A stretch of DNA of 64,000 nucleotides from an uncultured Clostridia bacterium (GCA_964548075.1 CAZJQQ010000008.1:57237-121236), one strand, 5' to 3'. Shown: positions 48,219 to 58,292, numbered from the stretch's first letter. Made by a program: numbers and translations. The notes: a model not told the origin generated them from the letters alone.

Positions 48219-48617
48219 GTGTTACTCACCCCAAGCAAGGCACAGGCGCAAAGGAGTTCCATGAGAAGTTCCGCTCAACTTGAACGAAGACGTTTCGAGC
48301 GTGCCCCCATAAGCGCCCAGGTTGAATTCGAGCTCACCAACAGCAGCAGCGGTCCGTCTCGCGTCAGAAAACACATGGCCAACATCAGCACCGGCGGTTT
48401 GTTCATTAGCACCGAGGAGCCGATCCGCCTCGGAACGAGAATGGTGGTCCGCTTCGAGCTACCCAATAACAAACATAGAGTGATCGCAGTGTCGCGGGTG
48501 GCCTACGTCAGAAAGGGATTGGGGCTCGGAGTCGAGTTTCTGAGCCTAGACGATGAGGACCGCGAAGAGATCGAAGCGTACATCGCAACCTTGAAGACGA
48601 TGTCTCGCGTTTCATGA
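48219..48617 (+). CDS. PilZ-domain protein
   Basis: Has RRFERAPISAQVEF (RxxxR) and DISTGGLFI (D/NxSxGG) c-di-GMP-binding motifs. Confidence 0.65.
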   Translation: MLLTPSKAQAQRSSMRSSAQLERRRFERAPISAQVEFELTNSSSGPSRVRKHMANISTGGLFISTEEPIRLGTRMVVRFELPNNKHRVIAVSRVAYVRKGLGLGVEFLSLDDEDREEIEAYIATLKTMSRVS

Positions 48618-48845
48618 GTTCCGATTCACCCGCGAGCCGGATTCATCCCCCAATCAAGGCACTGTTCGGTTGAAAAATAAACTCTTGTAAAGGCATGAGC
48701 CGTGTGCAATAATCGGCTCGCTTTTGCACTTCTGCCCCACGATTGATACTGCCCCAAACTCGCCGGCTTGATTATGCAGCGACTGGCGCGGAACGGGTCT
48801 AAGGCCGGATCAACTCTCGCCTCTGAACTTGAAATTGAGGTTTGT

Positions 48846-50090
48846 ATGCAGTTCGAAATGGCACACCCGTCTTGTCCTTTGTGCAAGCGTCAGTTTCCTG
48901 CAAACCTCCCCGAACACACGCAAAGCACGCGACTTTGTGAGCAGTGCCAAACGATGGTGCTGACGGCTTTTCGTGGCGCAGACCCGACCGTCGCGGCCTC
49001 GGCGGCGGGGGTTCCACAGAGAGCCGCGCCCGCGCTAGTTCAGCGCGATGCGCCGGCTCTGGATCACGCGCTGGTTGGCGCGCCCGTATCGTTCGAAGGG
49101 AATCCGACAGATGCGCCGGCGTTCGAGCACGAGTTTCCGTCTCCGGTCCAATTTGAAGGCCCGGACGCGCCGAGGTTCCAGTTCTACAAAGACGAAGACT
49201 TGGATAACAGAATTCAAACGGTCGGAGCGGACTTATCTGACTTTTCAAGAAACGGATCGTCTCGGCATCGTGAGGAGTTGTCCGAAGGATTCGTGGATTC
49301 GATCAGTAGCACCGATAACGATTATGCCGAGGTCGACGACTCGCTTCTGACCTGGCAGCCGGCCGCATTCCCCGAGTCAGCGGTTGATTCAGCTCACTCC
49401 GGAGCAATTCTAGTCGAAGATCGAAGCGAAGATCCGCCGCCGATTGTGGAAGAAGCTGCTACCGATCCATGGGAAGCTCCTCTTCCGGCGTGGGACTACT
49501 CTCACAGCGAATGGCCGGTGCTTGTTGGGCCGAGCAAGCGAAGATCCTCCAGAAAACTGGGACCTGCGATCGCTGCTGTCGTGTTGTTGGCTTGTGCTAC
49601 CGGGTTGTATTTTCTGATCTCCTTGCCATCTACTCCAGTGCGACGTAGGGCGACCGATTCCGGTACGACAGCACGGGCCGTCGAGCCTCGTGCTTCAACC
49701 GCCGGGTCAGCAGAGGCGAATCCTCTCGCGCATGCGGCGCCAACCCCTTCCGACAGGCCTGCGAGCGCGGGGTCAAAGCCGGTTGAAACGGTGGCTCGCG
49801 AAGCCGGGGCGTCGAACGACAACAGTGCTCAAGGTCGATTCTCGCTGCAAGCTGCCGCCTTCCCGACCCAGGGCGGTGCAGACGAGTTTGCCGAGAAGTT
49901 GAAGCGGGCAGGAGTGCCGTCATACGTAGTACCGGCGGACCTTGCTCGCCGCGGCAGATGGTTCCGAGTTCGCGTCGGCAGATTCAACTCCGCCGAGGAT
50001 GCACAGAGGTTTGTCGGCGAAGCGCAGCAACGTGCCCGGGCCGACGGACTCGCGGTGCAGTTGATTGTGTGTCAGAACGAACAGCCCTGA
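48846..50090 (+). CDS. Zinc-ribbon / SPOR-domain protein (peptidoglycan-binding, divisome-associated type)
   Basis: Has an N-terminal CPLC...CEQC ribbon, a TM helix and a C-terminal SPOR fold (FSLQAAAF...RVRVGRF). Confidence 0.6.
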   Translation: MQFEMAHPSCPLCKRQFPANLPEHTQSTRLCEQCQTMVLTAFRGADPTVAASAAGVPQRAAPALVQRDAPALDHALVGAPVSFEGNPTDAPAFEHEFPSPVQFEGPDAPRFQFYKDEDLDNRIQTVGADLSDFSRNGSSRHREELSEGFVDSISSTDNDYAEVDDSLLTWQPAAFPESAVDSAHSGAILVEDRSEDPPPIVEEAATDPWEAPLPAWDYSHSEWPVLVGPSKRRSSRKLGPAIAAVVLLACATGLYFLISLPSTPVRRRATDSGTTARAVEPRASTAGSAEANPLAHAAPTPSDRPASAGSKPVETVAREAGASNDNSAQGRFSLQAAAFPTQGGADEFAEKLKRAGVPSYVVPADLARRGRWFRVRVGRFNSAEDAQRFVGEAQQRARADGLAVQLIVCQNEQP

Positions 50091-50091
50091 T

Positions 50092-51439
50092 GCAGCAGTC
50101 TGAGGGTTCTTTAGCGATGCAGGAATTTCATCCGCAGAATCTCAGATACACAAGACTTGTCGACCGGTACTCGAGATATATCGAGTCGCCGGTGCTGCGG
50201 CTGAAGTTCCTGAACAGCGTGCTGAACGTCGAGCAGCCGCGCAACTCGTGGAAGAAGTGGCCGCTTGTTGGATCGCTTCCGGATCGCGCAATGATTATCG
50301 TCGAGTTGTCAAAGGTTTTACCGCTCGGTCGACCGGCGCCGCTTGGAATACGGCTGGCGTCGCTGATGTATCGAGTTCGGTACGCGCTCTACGCGATGTG
50401 CGTCGCAGTCGCGATCTTCGCCGGGGCCAGCCTGGTTTATGCCGTGTCAAGGATTGTGAGCAGCCTGTCAGTTTCCACCCAGGCGAAGGACATCGCCGCG
50501 AATAAACAACCGGCGGCCGCGGGCTCGAACGGTGGCGAGGCGGTTGCGGCCATTGCGTCCGGAGCGGGGCTGACACTGGACCAAGTCTGGCTTGCTGAAC
50601 AGGGCGACGGCTACGAGTTCTACAGCAACGGCGCGCGAGTGCTAACCGAATTCGAGACAAAAGGGGCCAACCGCAGCTTCTATCGATTCGATCTTGAGAC
50701 GCTGGCGGAAAATCCTACTCAAGGCGAGATGCTTTCACGCCCGGTCGGGATTGTGTATCACGTGTCGGAAAGCGACCTGTTGCCGTTCGCCGATAGCTAC
50801 AACTCGTCCCTGAAGAACATGTCGCGAGCGCTGCTTGAGTACGCGCGCGAACACAGATTGTACAACTATGTGATCGACAGGTTCGGCCGGACCTACAGAC
50901 TCGTGCAAGACGAGTTTGCGGCCAGCCACGCGGGAAATTCGGTCTGGAGCGACGGCCACAGTGTGTATGTCAATCTGAGCGCGAGCTTCGTGGGCATCTG
51001 TTTCGAAGGGCGCGGGGCGGTGATGGGCAGCGAAGGAATCAACGAAGCTCAGATCTACGCCGCGCGAGTGCTCACCGCGGTGCTGCGTTCCAAGTACGGA
51101 ATTGATGACGCCAATTGTGTGACCCACGGGCTGGTGAGCGTTAATCCGTCGAACCGGCTGATGGGATACCACACCGATTGGGTGTCGGAGTTCCCGTTTG
51201 AAGCGCTCGGGCTGAGCAACAAGTACGAGACCGAACTCGCGGCGATCTCGCGGCTCGGATTCGGCTACGACCAGGCTTACGTCGCGGCGGCGGGCGGCAA
51301 GTGGCCGGGGTTGGAGAAGGCCGACGCCACGCTGCGAGAGGAGGCCGCGACGAACGGCGTCAGCGTTGAGAAAGAGCGGCAGTTGCTATCGCGTGTGTTC
51401 GGGCGCGTGTACTCGAAGCAACGCGCGCTGGAGAAGTAG
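50092..51439 (+). CDS. N-acetylmuramoyl-L-alanine amidase (Amidase_2/PGRP fold) with an N-terminal TM anchor
   Basis: The start is taken at ATG 50092 just after the SPOR gene stop. Has an Amidase_2-like core (HAGNSVWSDG...CVTHG). Its stop codon TAG begins a REP-like element. Confidence 0.7.
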
Positions 51440-51513
51440 CATAGACTTCAGTCTGTGTCCGGTGGGTTTCTCGTCCGCCGAATCGGCTGACACAGTCTGA
51501 AGTCTATGCTACT
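51436..51513. repeat. REP-like palindromic element (GTAGCATAGACTTCAGTCTGTGTC ... GACACAGTCTGAAGTCTATGCTAC)
   Basis: ~24-bp near-perfect inverted arms around a ~30-nt loop. Same family as the copies at 26245 and 29038. Confidence 0.7.
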
Positions 51514-51518
51514 CGGAT

Positions 51519-52871
51519 ATGAACAAGACTGATCTAATACAAGAAGCGGTGAGGCGAAGCGGATTGACGCGGCGCGAAGCGGCGCGCGGCGTCGACGCCG
51601 CGCTCGACGTGATCAAGCGCGAGCTTGCCGCGGCCCGTGTAATTCACATACGCGGACTCGGCCGATTGCAGTTAACACCGAAACGGCACGGTTTCCTGCC
51701 TGCGTCCGTTGTTGGTGGCTCCCCGATCCCGATTCCCGCAGGCAGGGCCGTCAGATTGAAAGCATCTCGTAGGGCTGTCGCGAGCATTAACAGTGGTCCC
51801 CTCAAGCTCATCAACAAGAATAACTTTGGAGGCAACATGGATAAGAAACACGAAAAGGAAACCAATGATAACCAGTCGACCGAGGGCACAGCCCTGGGCC
51901 TGGACGTCGGAACCAGCCGCCTGGTGTTGGCCAGCGGCGCGGCCGACCGCGTCAAAGCCAAGGCTGAACTCAACGCGTTCATTGCTGTTCCTTACTCGAA
52001 GTTCACCGAGAACATCCTGAAGCAGAATAAGGTCAGCTATCAGTTGAATGGGGGCTCGACTCTGCAGGTTTACGGCAACGAAGCCGCGCGGTTTGCGAAC
52101 GTCTTCAACACCGAAGTGCGCAGGCCGATGAATGGCGGAACGCTGAACCCGAACGAGGAATACTCGATGTCGGTGATGCAGGCCATCATTCAGCAACTGG
52201 TGCGCAAGACAAAGAACGGCGAGACAATGCGATTCAGCATTCCTGGCGCGCTGCGGAATGATGGATCGCCTAATCTGGTCTATCACGAGGCGATGCTCCG
52301 CGATTTGCTCAACTCGATGGGTTACAACTCGAAGGGTATCAACGAAGGACTCGCGGTGGTGTTCTCCGAGTTGGAGAAGGAGAACTTCAGCGGTATCGGC
52401 GTAAGCTGCGGTGGTGGAATGTGCAACGTCGCGCTCGCGTTTATGTCGATTCCGGTGATGACCTTCAGCATGAACAAAGCCGGCGACTACATCGACCGCA
52501 ATGTCGGGAACGTGACCGGCGAATTGCCAACCAGGATTCGCTTGATCAAGGAAGAGAGTCTCGATCTGTCGCGCGCGCCGCAGAACAAATACGAAAGCGC
52601 GCTTCACATCTACTATGACGACGTAATCCTGTCGCTGGTCGAGTCGTTGCGCGGCTCGCTAGCCGAGCAAAAGAACCTGCCGAGGATCGACAAGCCGATA
52701 CCGATCGTGCTGAGCGGCGGAACGGCGAAGCCTAAAGGGTTTCTCGACAAGTTCCGGGAGGCGGTTGACCGCGACGGGTTCCCGCTCGATCTATCCGAGA
52801 TACGAATGGCCGAAGATCCGCTGACGGCGACGGCTCGCGGCTGTCTGATCGCCGCGATGTACGACGCGTAG
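51519..52871 (+). CDS. Fusion protein: N-terminal HU/IHF-like DNA-binding domain plus actin-like ATPase (ASKHA: ParM/FtsA/MreB superfamily) domain
   Basis: aa 1-95 follow the HU fold (MNKTDLIQEAV...GLTRREAARGVDAAL..., with beta-arm RAVRLKASRRA). aa ~125-450 carry the phosphate-1 motif LGLDVGTSRLVLA, the phosphate-2 motif GIGVSCGGGMCNVA and the adenosine motif IVLSGGTAKP...ATARG. Confidence 0.6.
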   Translation: MNKTDLIQEAVRRSGLTRREAARGVDAALDVIKRELAAARVIHIRGLGRLQLTPKRHGFLPASVVGGSPIPIPAGRAVRLKASRRAVASINSGPLKLINKNNFGGNMDKKHEKETNDNQSTEGTALGLDVGTSRLVLASGAADRVKAKAELNAFIAVPYSKFTENILKQNKVSYQLNGGSTLQVYGNEAARFANVFNTEVRRPMNGGTLNPNEEYSMSVMQAIIQQLVRKTKNGETMRFSIPGALRNDGSPNLVYHEAMLRDLLNSMGYNSKGINEGLAVVFSELEKENFSGIGVSCGGGMCNVALAFMSIPVMTFSMNKAGDYIDRNVGNVTGELPTRIRLIKEESLDLSRAPQNKYESALHIYYDDVILSLVESLRGSLAEQKNLPRIDKPIPIVLSGGTAKPKGFLDKFREAVDRDGFPLDLSEIRMAEDPLTATARGCLIAAMYDA

Positions 52872-52930
52872 CATAGACTTCAGTCTGTGCACGGCGGCCC
52901 ACTCTAGAGGGAGCTATCTGCAAGTCTACC
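52867..52930. repeat. REP-like palindromic element with a degenerate right arm (GTAGCATAGACTTCAGTCTGTGCAC ...)
   Basis: Left arm is identical to the 51436 copy. Right arm is only partly recognisable (CTGCAAGTCTACC). Confidence 0.5.
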
Positions 52931-53162
52931 CGGATCTACGCGGACGATTTTACGTCGTTCGCGCAGATTCGCGGAGCGTGTCTGTGGGTGGCGCCGGTCC
53001 ATATCTCAAGAACTGCGTCAAAGTTTTGAACTTTCCTTCCACCGGTCGGTTCGGCATGTGCCGGCGGTGATTTGCTCGAAGGGGTTTCGTTGTCTCTATT
53101 TCACCAGCGTACCGCTGCGCCCTCTGCGGTTAATATCTCCTCACCGAATCACCGGATCCCCA

Positions 53163-53453
53163 TCACTTATCAATTCCTTTTTGCAGGAACTCACGAAACG
53201 AATCACGGCTGACCTTGTAGCGCTTGCCGATTCGAATGGCAGACAGGTCGCCGCAGTCGATCCAGGACTGAATTGTGCGCCGGGACACGCCGGCGACTTC
53301 GGCTGCGCGCGCGGTGCTCACGAACTGTTCTCCTCGCTGTCTGCGTGGCGTGGCCAGGTACAGTTGCAATAACGCAATGCCGGTGAAAGCCGTGGACTGA
53401 GTCTGAGCCGCGGCGCGCTGCACCACGGTCAGGCAAGTCTTCTGTGTGGGCAT
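53163..53453 (-). CDS. Excisionase/MerR-type helix-turn-helix DNA-binding protein. Start taken as MPTQKT.
   Basis: Has STARAAEVAGVSRRTIQSWIDCGDLSAIRIGKRYKV, typical of excisionase-family HTH proteins. Confidence 0.55.
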   Translation of the reverse strand: MPTQKTCLTVVQRAAAQTQSTAFTGIALLQLYLATPRRQRGEQFVSTARAAEVAGVSRRTIQSWIDCGDLSAIRIGKRYKVSRDSFREFLQKGIDK

Positions 53454-53948
53454 AGTGGCCTCCGAAGATTGGTATTTGCTTCTCCCATGAGGCGGCGAAC
53501 CCGAAGTCAACCCAACGCCGAGCTATCGACTGGCCGTCTCTGATGCGATTAAATGTCCGGGCTGGACCGAAGGGGTTCATCCCAACAGGTGTTCTAATTC
53601 CCCCTCTACTGATAGAGGACGGAAATGGCGAGTGAAGTAATGTGAAAATATTTCGATCGGAGAAAATAAAAATACAGGGCCAAACCGAGAGAAGGTCTGG
53701 CTACTGAGGGGCGAGAAAAATGGCTTTGTCGTGGCCCACGAAGGCCGGACTAGAATGTCTTGGACTCGCGTGTTAACCGAGAGACCAGCAATGAGATCGC
53801 TCAACGAAGTGTCGGGAAACGCGGCCTGCCGCCTTCCAGTGCTTTCAAGCCGTCGAAACCAAATGTCAACTAAGTCAAGCCAGACCCTCCCGACGCTGTT
53901 TTGTGACGCGCCGGCCACGAGTTCTGGGGGCGGCTGACCGAATCCGCC

Positions 53949-54218
53949 GTGGGGGCGCATCTGGCCAACGCGGCGGCCTGCGGCGTGTGCGAGCTGTTCT
54001 ACTGGCGCGAGGGCAACCGGGAAGTGGACTTTGTGGTGCGCGCGGGCCGTGTGGTCGTGGCGATCGAGGTGAAGAGCGGCCGCGCCCCCGTCGCGCTGCC
54101 CGGGTTGGCCGCTTTTAGCAAGGCTTTCAAGCCGAAGCGCAGCTTGCTGGTGGGCGGCGGGGGCATTCCGGTAGATGAGTTCCTGTCGCGGCCAGTCACA
54201 GACTGGCTGCAACCCTGA
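53949..54218 (+). pseudogene. C-terminal fragment of a DUF4143-type AAA+ ATPase gene (remnant)
   Basis: LFYWRE...EVDFVV...IEVKSG matches the conserved C-terminal module of DUF4143 ATPases, and the N-terminal ATPase domain is absent. Further short gene fragments lie at 54230-54580. Confidence 0.45.
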
Positions 54219-54586
54219 GGCGAATCCGATGAGCCAGAAATACGAAAAGCTGAAGACCCTGTTGATGGAGTTGTTCTAGCTCGGCCAGCCCGACTTGGAC
54301 TTCGGCCTCTACCGCGTCATGCACGCCAAGAGCAACGAAGTGTCGAAGTGGCAACGTTAAGGCCGCCGAGGGCAAGGACCGGCGTGTTCATTCTAATGGC
54401 GCCGGCGAGTCCGGGCGCGACTTCGTCGCAGAGGAGGCCGGCGAGCAAGGCAAGGAACTCGTCATCCGTTTCGAGTACCGCCCGGCGACGCTCACCGACT
54501 GGCCCGACGATTCCCGCGATGGCAAGATCAAACCGCCGGCGCAGAAGGACCTGAGCGCGGTCGCCACCCGGCGCGTGCTGGCCGTG

Positions 54587-54906
54587 ACCGACGCCTCGCG
54601 GCATCACACGTACTTTCATGCGCGGACACCTTCCCCTCGATCCAGACAGGGACCGGCGCTTAACGCCTCGCGGCATCACAGGTACTCTCACAGGCTACGT
54701 GACGTTTCGCCCGAACTCCATGTACGCGGTGCTCAACGCCTCGCGGCATCACAGGTACCTTCACTGTCGGCTTGCTCACGCAGAGCCTTAACCATATCGA
54801 GCTCAACGCCTCGCGGCATCACAGGCACTTTCACCAGGGCGGCGATCGCGGAGATAGGAGCGGATCTCATGTGCTCAACGCCTCGCGGCATCACAGGTAC
54901 TTTCAC
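54587..54906 (-). CRISPR. Small CRISPR array: 5 repeats of 33 bp (consensus CTCAACGCCTCGCGGCATCACAGGTACTTTCAC) and 4 spacers of 37-40 bp. Repeats degenerate toward the left end, so the leader is presumed to be the 54907-55096 region next to cas3.
   Basis: Repeats at 54587, 54659, 54732, 54802 and 54874 carry 5, 2, 1, 1 and 0 mismatches respectively. Spacers are unique. The track ORF 54575..54922 is an artefact of the array. Confidence 0.85.
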
Positions 54907-55096
54907 GAGCGGTTCAAATTGAGAAAACTCCTGCCCAGCGGTGAACGCCTACACAGTGTTGCGCCGTTCGACTTGGCTGCTGTGATCAAATGCCGTTGAC
55001 TTTCCATCTGCCGAGGTTTATTTTCGCTTTGGCCCACGTATGAGATCGTACTGAGCCAACGTCCTAGGTAAGTTTTCTGCCGCACACTCAGACCCG

Positions 55097-57427
55097 ATGA
55101 AGTTCATAGCTCATACTGAGAATGCTAAAGGCGATCCTCATCTTCTGAGTGATCACCTTCGTAGCGTTGGCAAGCTGGCGAGCGAATTCGCTACTGCCGC
55201 CTGTGCGGATTTGGGAGAAGCGGTACAGCAGGCTGGTGGTGAACACGACAGCACTCGGTCACAACGCCGCATCTGTCGAAAGCTGGCGGAAGCGGCGCAG
55301 TGGGCCGGGTTGTTGCACGATCTCGGCAAGTATCGCGATGAGTTTCAGGAATATCTGCGCGGCAAGCGAGAAAGCAGCACGGAAACTCATCACGCGATTT
55401 ACGGCGCAGCGCTGGCAATGCAAAAACGCTGGCTCGCGGTAGCATTCGCCATCGCAGGCCATCACGCCGGATTGCATGACATTGGCCAGTTGAAAGCCCT
55501 CGTCAATGACGAGAAATATAGAGCCGCCGAGCGCCTGCCGCTGCTGGTCGAACGCTTTTCGGCTGAGGTTTGCGGATTCGACGAGCAATTCAGCGAGCCG
55601 AAGTTTGATCGCTCGCAGGGCACGCGCGCCGAGTTTTACATTCGGATGCTTTTTTCCGCGCTGGTTGATGCCGACTTTCTTGACACCGAAGCGCACTACA
55701 CCGGCAAGCCACGCGCGTCATTCGAGATTCGCCCGGACGAGTTGTTTCAACGGCTGCTGCTGGACAAAGCAACGAAGTCTTGCGAGGGCGAATTGAATGA
55801 ATTGCGCAATCGCGTTTTCGAGCAGTGCCTCAATGCGGCTGAACTTTCCCCTGGTTTCTTTTCGTTGACTGTGCCGACCGGCGGGGGTAAGACGCTTTCG
55901 AGCATGGCCTTTGCGCTCAAGCACGCCGAGCGGTACAAGCTGCGGCGAGTGATCGTCGTGATCCCATATCTTTCGATCATCGAACAGAACGCCTCGCAAT
56001 ACCGGCGCATCTTAGACCCTGACAACAAAGGCATCGTGATCGAACATCACTCGGCGGTTGTCGCGCCAGAAGACGGGGAGGAACGGGAGCGTTCGCCGCT
56101 AGAATACGCCGCCGAGAACTGGGATGCGCCGATCATCGTCACGACTTCAGTGCAATTTATCGAATCGCTGTTTGCGAACAGGACTTCACGCTGTCGCAAG
56201 CTGCACAACATCGCGCGCTCGGTTGTGATCTTCGATGAGGTGCAGACGCTGCCCGCGCATCTCCTCAATCCGTTGCTCAACGTTCTGCGCGAACTGCAAA
56301 CGAATTACGGCACGTGCTTCGTTTTTTCGACGGCAACGCAACCCGCTTTTCGCAGCAACCTGTCTTTAAAGGAGGGCTTTGCCGAAGGCGAAGTCACAGA
56401 GATCACGCGAGAAACGGAAGAGACTTTCAAGAAGCTCCGCCGCGTAAGATTCCGTCTACCGCAAGACAGCCAATCGACCAACTGGCGAAGACTTGCAGAA
56501 CAGATGGCGGCGCGACCTCAAGGGCTGTGTGTGGTGAATACGCGCCGCCACGCATTCGAGTTGTGGGAAGAGTTGCGGCGCATCCTCCCGTCGGATGAGG
56601 GTGACGCCGTGTTTCATCTGTCGTCGGCGATGTGCGCGCAGCATCGCTTTGACCTGCTTGGGGAAGACAGAGAACCTGAGGCCGATACAATTCGGGAGCG
56701 GCTGCGTTGCGATAAAGTCTGTCGCGTGATCTCCACGCAGTTGATCGAAGCCGGTGTTGACGTGGATTTCCCCGTGGTCTGGCGCGCCCTCGGCCCGCTC
56801 GATTCCATAGTGCAAGCGGCGGGCCGCTGCAACCGTGAGGGCCGCTTGCGCGACGCGGCAGGCGACCTGGCGCTCGGCGAGGTTATCGTCTTTCAACCCG
56901 AAGAGAGCAGCTTGCCGCGCGGCATCTATAGCGTCGCTACTGGCATTACGGCGGCGCTGCTTGCCAGCGTGGGGGCGGATTCTCTAGCCGTGGATCACAA
57001 GCTATTCGGGCAATACTTCAGCCGGCTTTATCAGTATGTGCCGACCGATTACGAGAAAGGCGGCGAGTGTTCGATTCAGGAAGATCGCGAGAATCTGCGC
57101 TTCCGCGAAGTCGCGCGCAAAGCTCGCGTAATCGCCGACGATACCAGGCCGGTGATCGTGCCGTACGGCAGAGGCGCGGAGATCATAAACAAGATTCGCG
57201 CGCGCACGCTGGAGAGAGGCAAGCCGCGATTCGGTAAAGCTGATTTACAGCGGCTGCAACGCTACATGGTCAACCTGCGCCAGCACGACTTCGACTTGCT
57301 GCTCGCATTGAAGCAGATTCATGCGCTGCTGCCAAATCTTGAACTTTATGTTTTGTCTGAAGGCTTGTACCAGAAGCATCTCGGGCTCGTCATCAATCAA
57401 CGACCTCTGGAGGATTTTCTGCAATGA
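55097..57427 (+). CDS. cas3: Cas3 HD nuclease/helicase
   Basis: N-terminal HD domain (HLLSDHLRSV...LLHDLGKY...AIAGHHAG), the DEAD/DExH helicase motifs (TGGGKT, VIFDEVQ, STATQP) and a C-terminal domain. First gene of the cas operon. Confidence 0.9.
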   Translation: MKFIAHTENAKGDPHLLSDHLRSVGKLASEFATAACADLGEAVQQAGGEHDSTRSQRRICRKLAEAAQWAGLLHDLGKYRDEFQEYLRGKRESSTETHHAIYGAALAMQKRWLAVAFAIAGHHAGLHDIGQLKALVNDEKYRAAERLPLLVERFSAEVCGFDEQFSEPKFDRSQGTRAEFYIRMLFSALVDADFLDTEAHYTGKPRASFEIRPDELFQRLLLDKATKSCEGELNELRNRVFEQCLNAAELSPGFFSLTVPTGGGKTLSSMAFALKHAERYKLRRVIVVIPYLSIIEQNASQYRRILDPDNKGIVIEHHSAVVAPEDGEERERSPLEYAAENWDAPIIVTTSVQFIESLFANRTSRCRKLHNIARSVVIFDEVQTLPAHLLNPLLNVLRELQTNYGTCFVFSTATQPAFRSNLSLKEGFAEGEVTEITRETEETFKKLRRVRFRLPQDSQSTNWRRLAEQMAARPQGLCVVNTRRHAFELWEELRRILPSDEGDAVFHLSSAMCAQHRFDLLGEDREPEADTIRERLRCDKVCRVISTQLIEAGVDVDFPVVWRALGPLDSIVQAAGRCNREGRLRDAAGDLALGEVIVFQPEESSLPRGIYSVATGITAALLASVGADSLAVDHKLFGQYFSRLYQYVPTDYEKGGECSIQEDRENLRFREVARKARVIADDTRPVIVPYGRGAEIINKIRARTLERGKPRFGKADLQRLQRYMVNLRQHDFDLLLALKQIHALLPNLELYVLSEGLYQKHLGLVINQRPLEDFLQ

Positions 57428-58278
57428 GCAACAATCTTGTGACAATGCGCGTGTGGGGCGACCGGGCCTGCTTCACCCGCCCGGAGATGAAAGTAGAGCG
57501 CGTGAGCTATCCGGTGATGACGCCTTCTGGTGCGCGCGGCATCCTCGAAGCCATATTCTGGGAGCCACAGATTTGCTACTTGATCGAAGCGATTCGCATC
57601 GTAAAACGCGGACGCTGGTTTTCGTTTCGACGAAACGAGGTCATCAGCGTCATCAGTCTCGACAGCGCGAAGACCTGGATGAAAGCGCCGGAAAAGGTGT
57701 CACCGATTCGGGCGGGCGGAGGAGCCCCAGACGGTACGCAGCGCAATATGCTTGCGCTCGAAAATGTGGAATACATCATCACCGCCGAAGTGCGGCTGAC
57801 CGGAATCGGCAGGGACGAACCCAACGGGTTGCAAAAGTATCTAAGCGAGATCAAACGCCGCGCTAGCTCGGGCAAATGCTTCCATCGTCCGGCGCTTGGC
57901 GTCCGCGAGTTCGCGGCGGACTTCGAATGGGAAGACGATGCACAGGCTGCGCTCGAACGTCGCACGGCTGAACTCGAACAGGATTGGCGCGGCTATCAGG
58001 AAGAACTTGGTTTGATGCTTTATGACGTGTTCGATGTGAGCGCGCGACAGCAAGGCTTTCGCTGGCTGCGAGAAGAGGAGATCGAAGCTTTGCGGCTCTC
58101 GCATGAAACGAATCACAAAAGACTTTCTGCCGCCGAACGCAAAGCGCCACTGACGCTCTATGAAGGCAAGGCGGTGAAACCCGAAGCAGCGTTCTTCCAC
58201 GCTAGCGTTAAGGAGTCAAAGCTCGATTGCCATCCTGATCGCGTCAGGTTTGCCCGACACGTTACGCTCACTCGGTAG
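57424..58278 (+). CDS. cas5c: Cas5c (Cas5d), type I-C
   Basis: VTMRVWGDRACFTRPEMKVERVSYPVMTPSGARGILEAIFWEPQ is the hallmark Cas5d N-terminus. 4-bp overlap with cas3. Confidence 0.9.
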   Translation: MSNNLVTMRVWGDRACFTRPEMKVERVSYPVMTPSGARGILEAIFWEPQICYLIEAIRIVKRGRWFSFRRNEVISVISLDSAKTWMKAPEKVSPIRAGGGAPDGTQRNMLALENVEYIITAEVRLTGIGRDEPNGLQKYLSEIKRRASSGKCFHRPALGVREFAADFEWEDDAQAALERRTAELEQDWRGYQEELGLMLYDVFDVSARQQGFRWLREEEIEALRLSHETNHKRLSAAERKAPLTLYEGKAVKPEAAFFHASVKESKLDCHPDRVRFARHVTLTR

Positions 58279-58292
58279 AAAAGGAGGCGAAG

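Noticed and set aside
53577-54212. 211-aa minus-strand ORF
   Set aside because: It is antisense to the DUF4143 fragment and spans the AT-rich junction. It has no motifs and implausible composition.
54575-54922. 115-aa ORF and the neighbouring ORFs 54348..54554 and 54772..54999
   Set aside because: These are artefacts of translating CRISPR repeats (the recurring ASRHH peptide) and decayed gene fragments.
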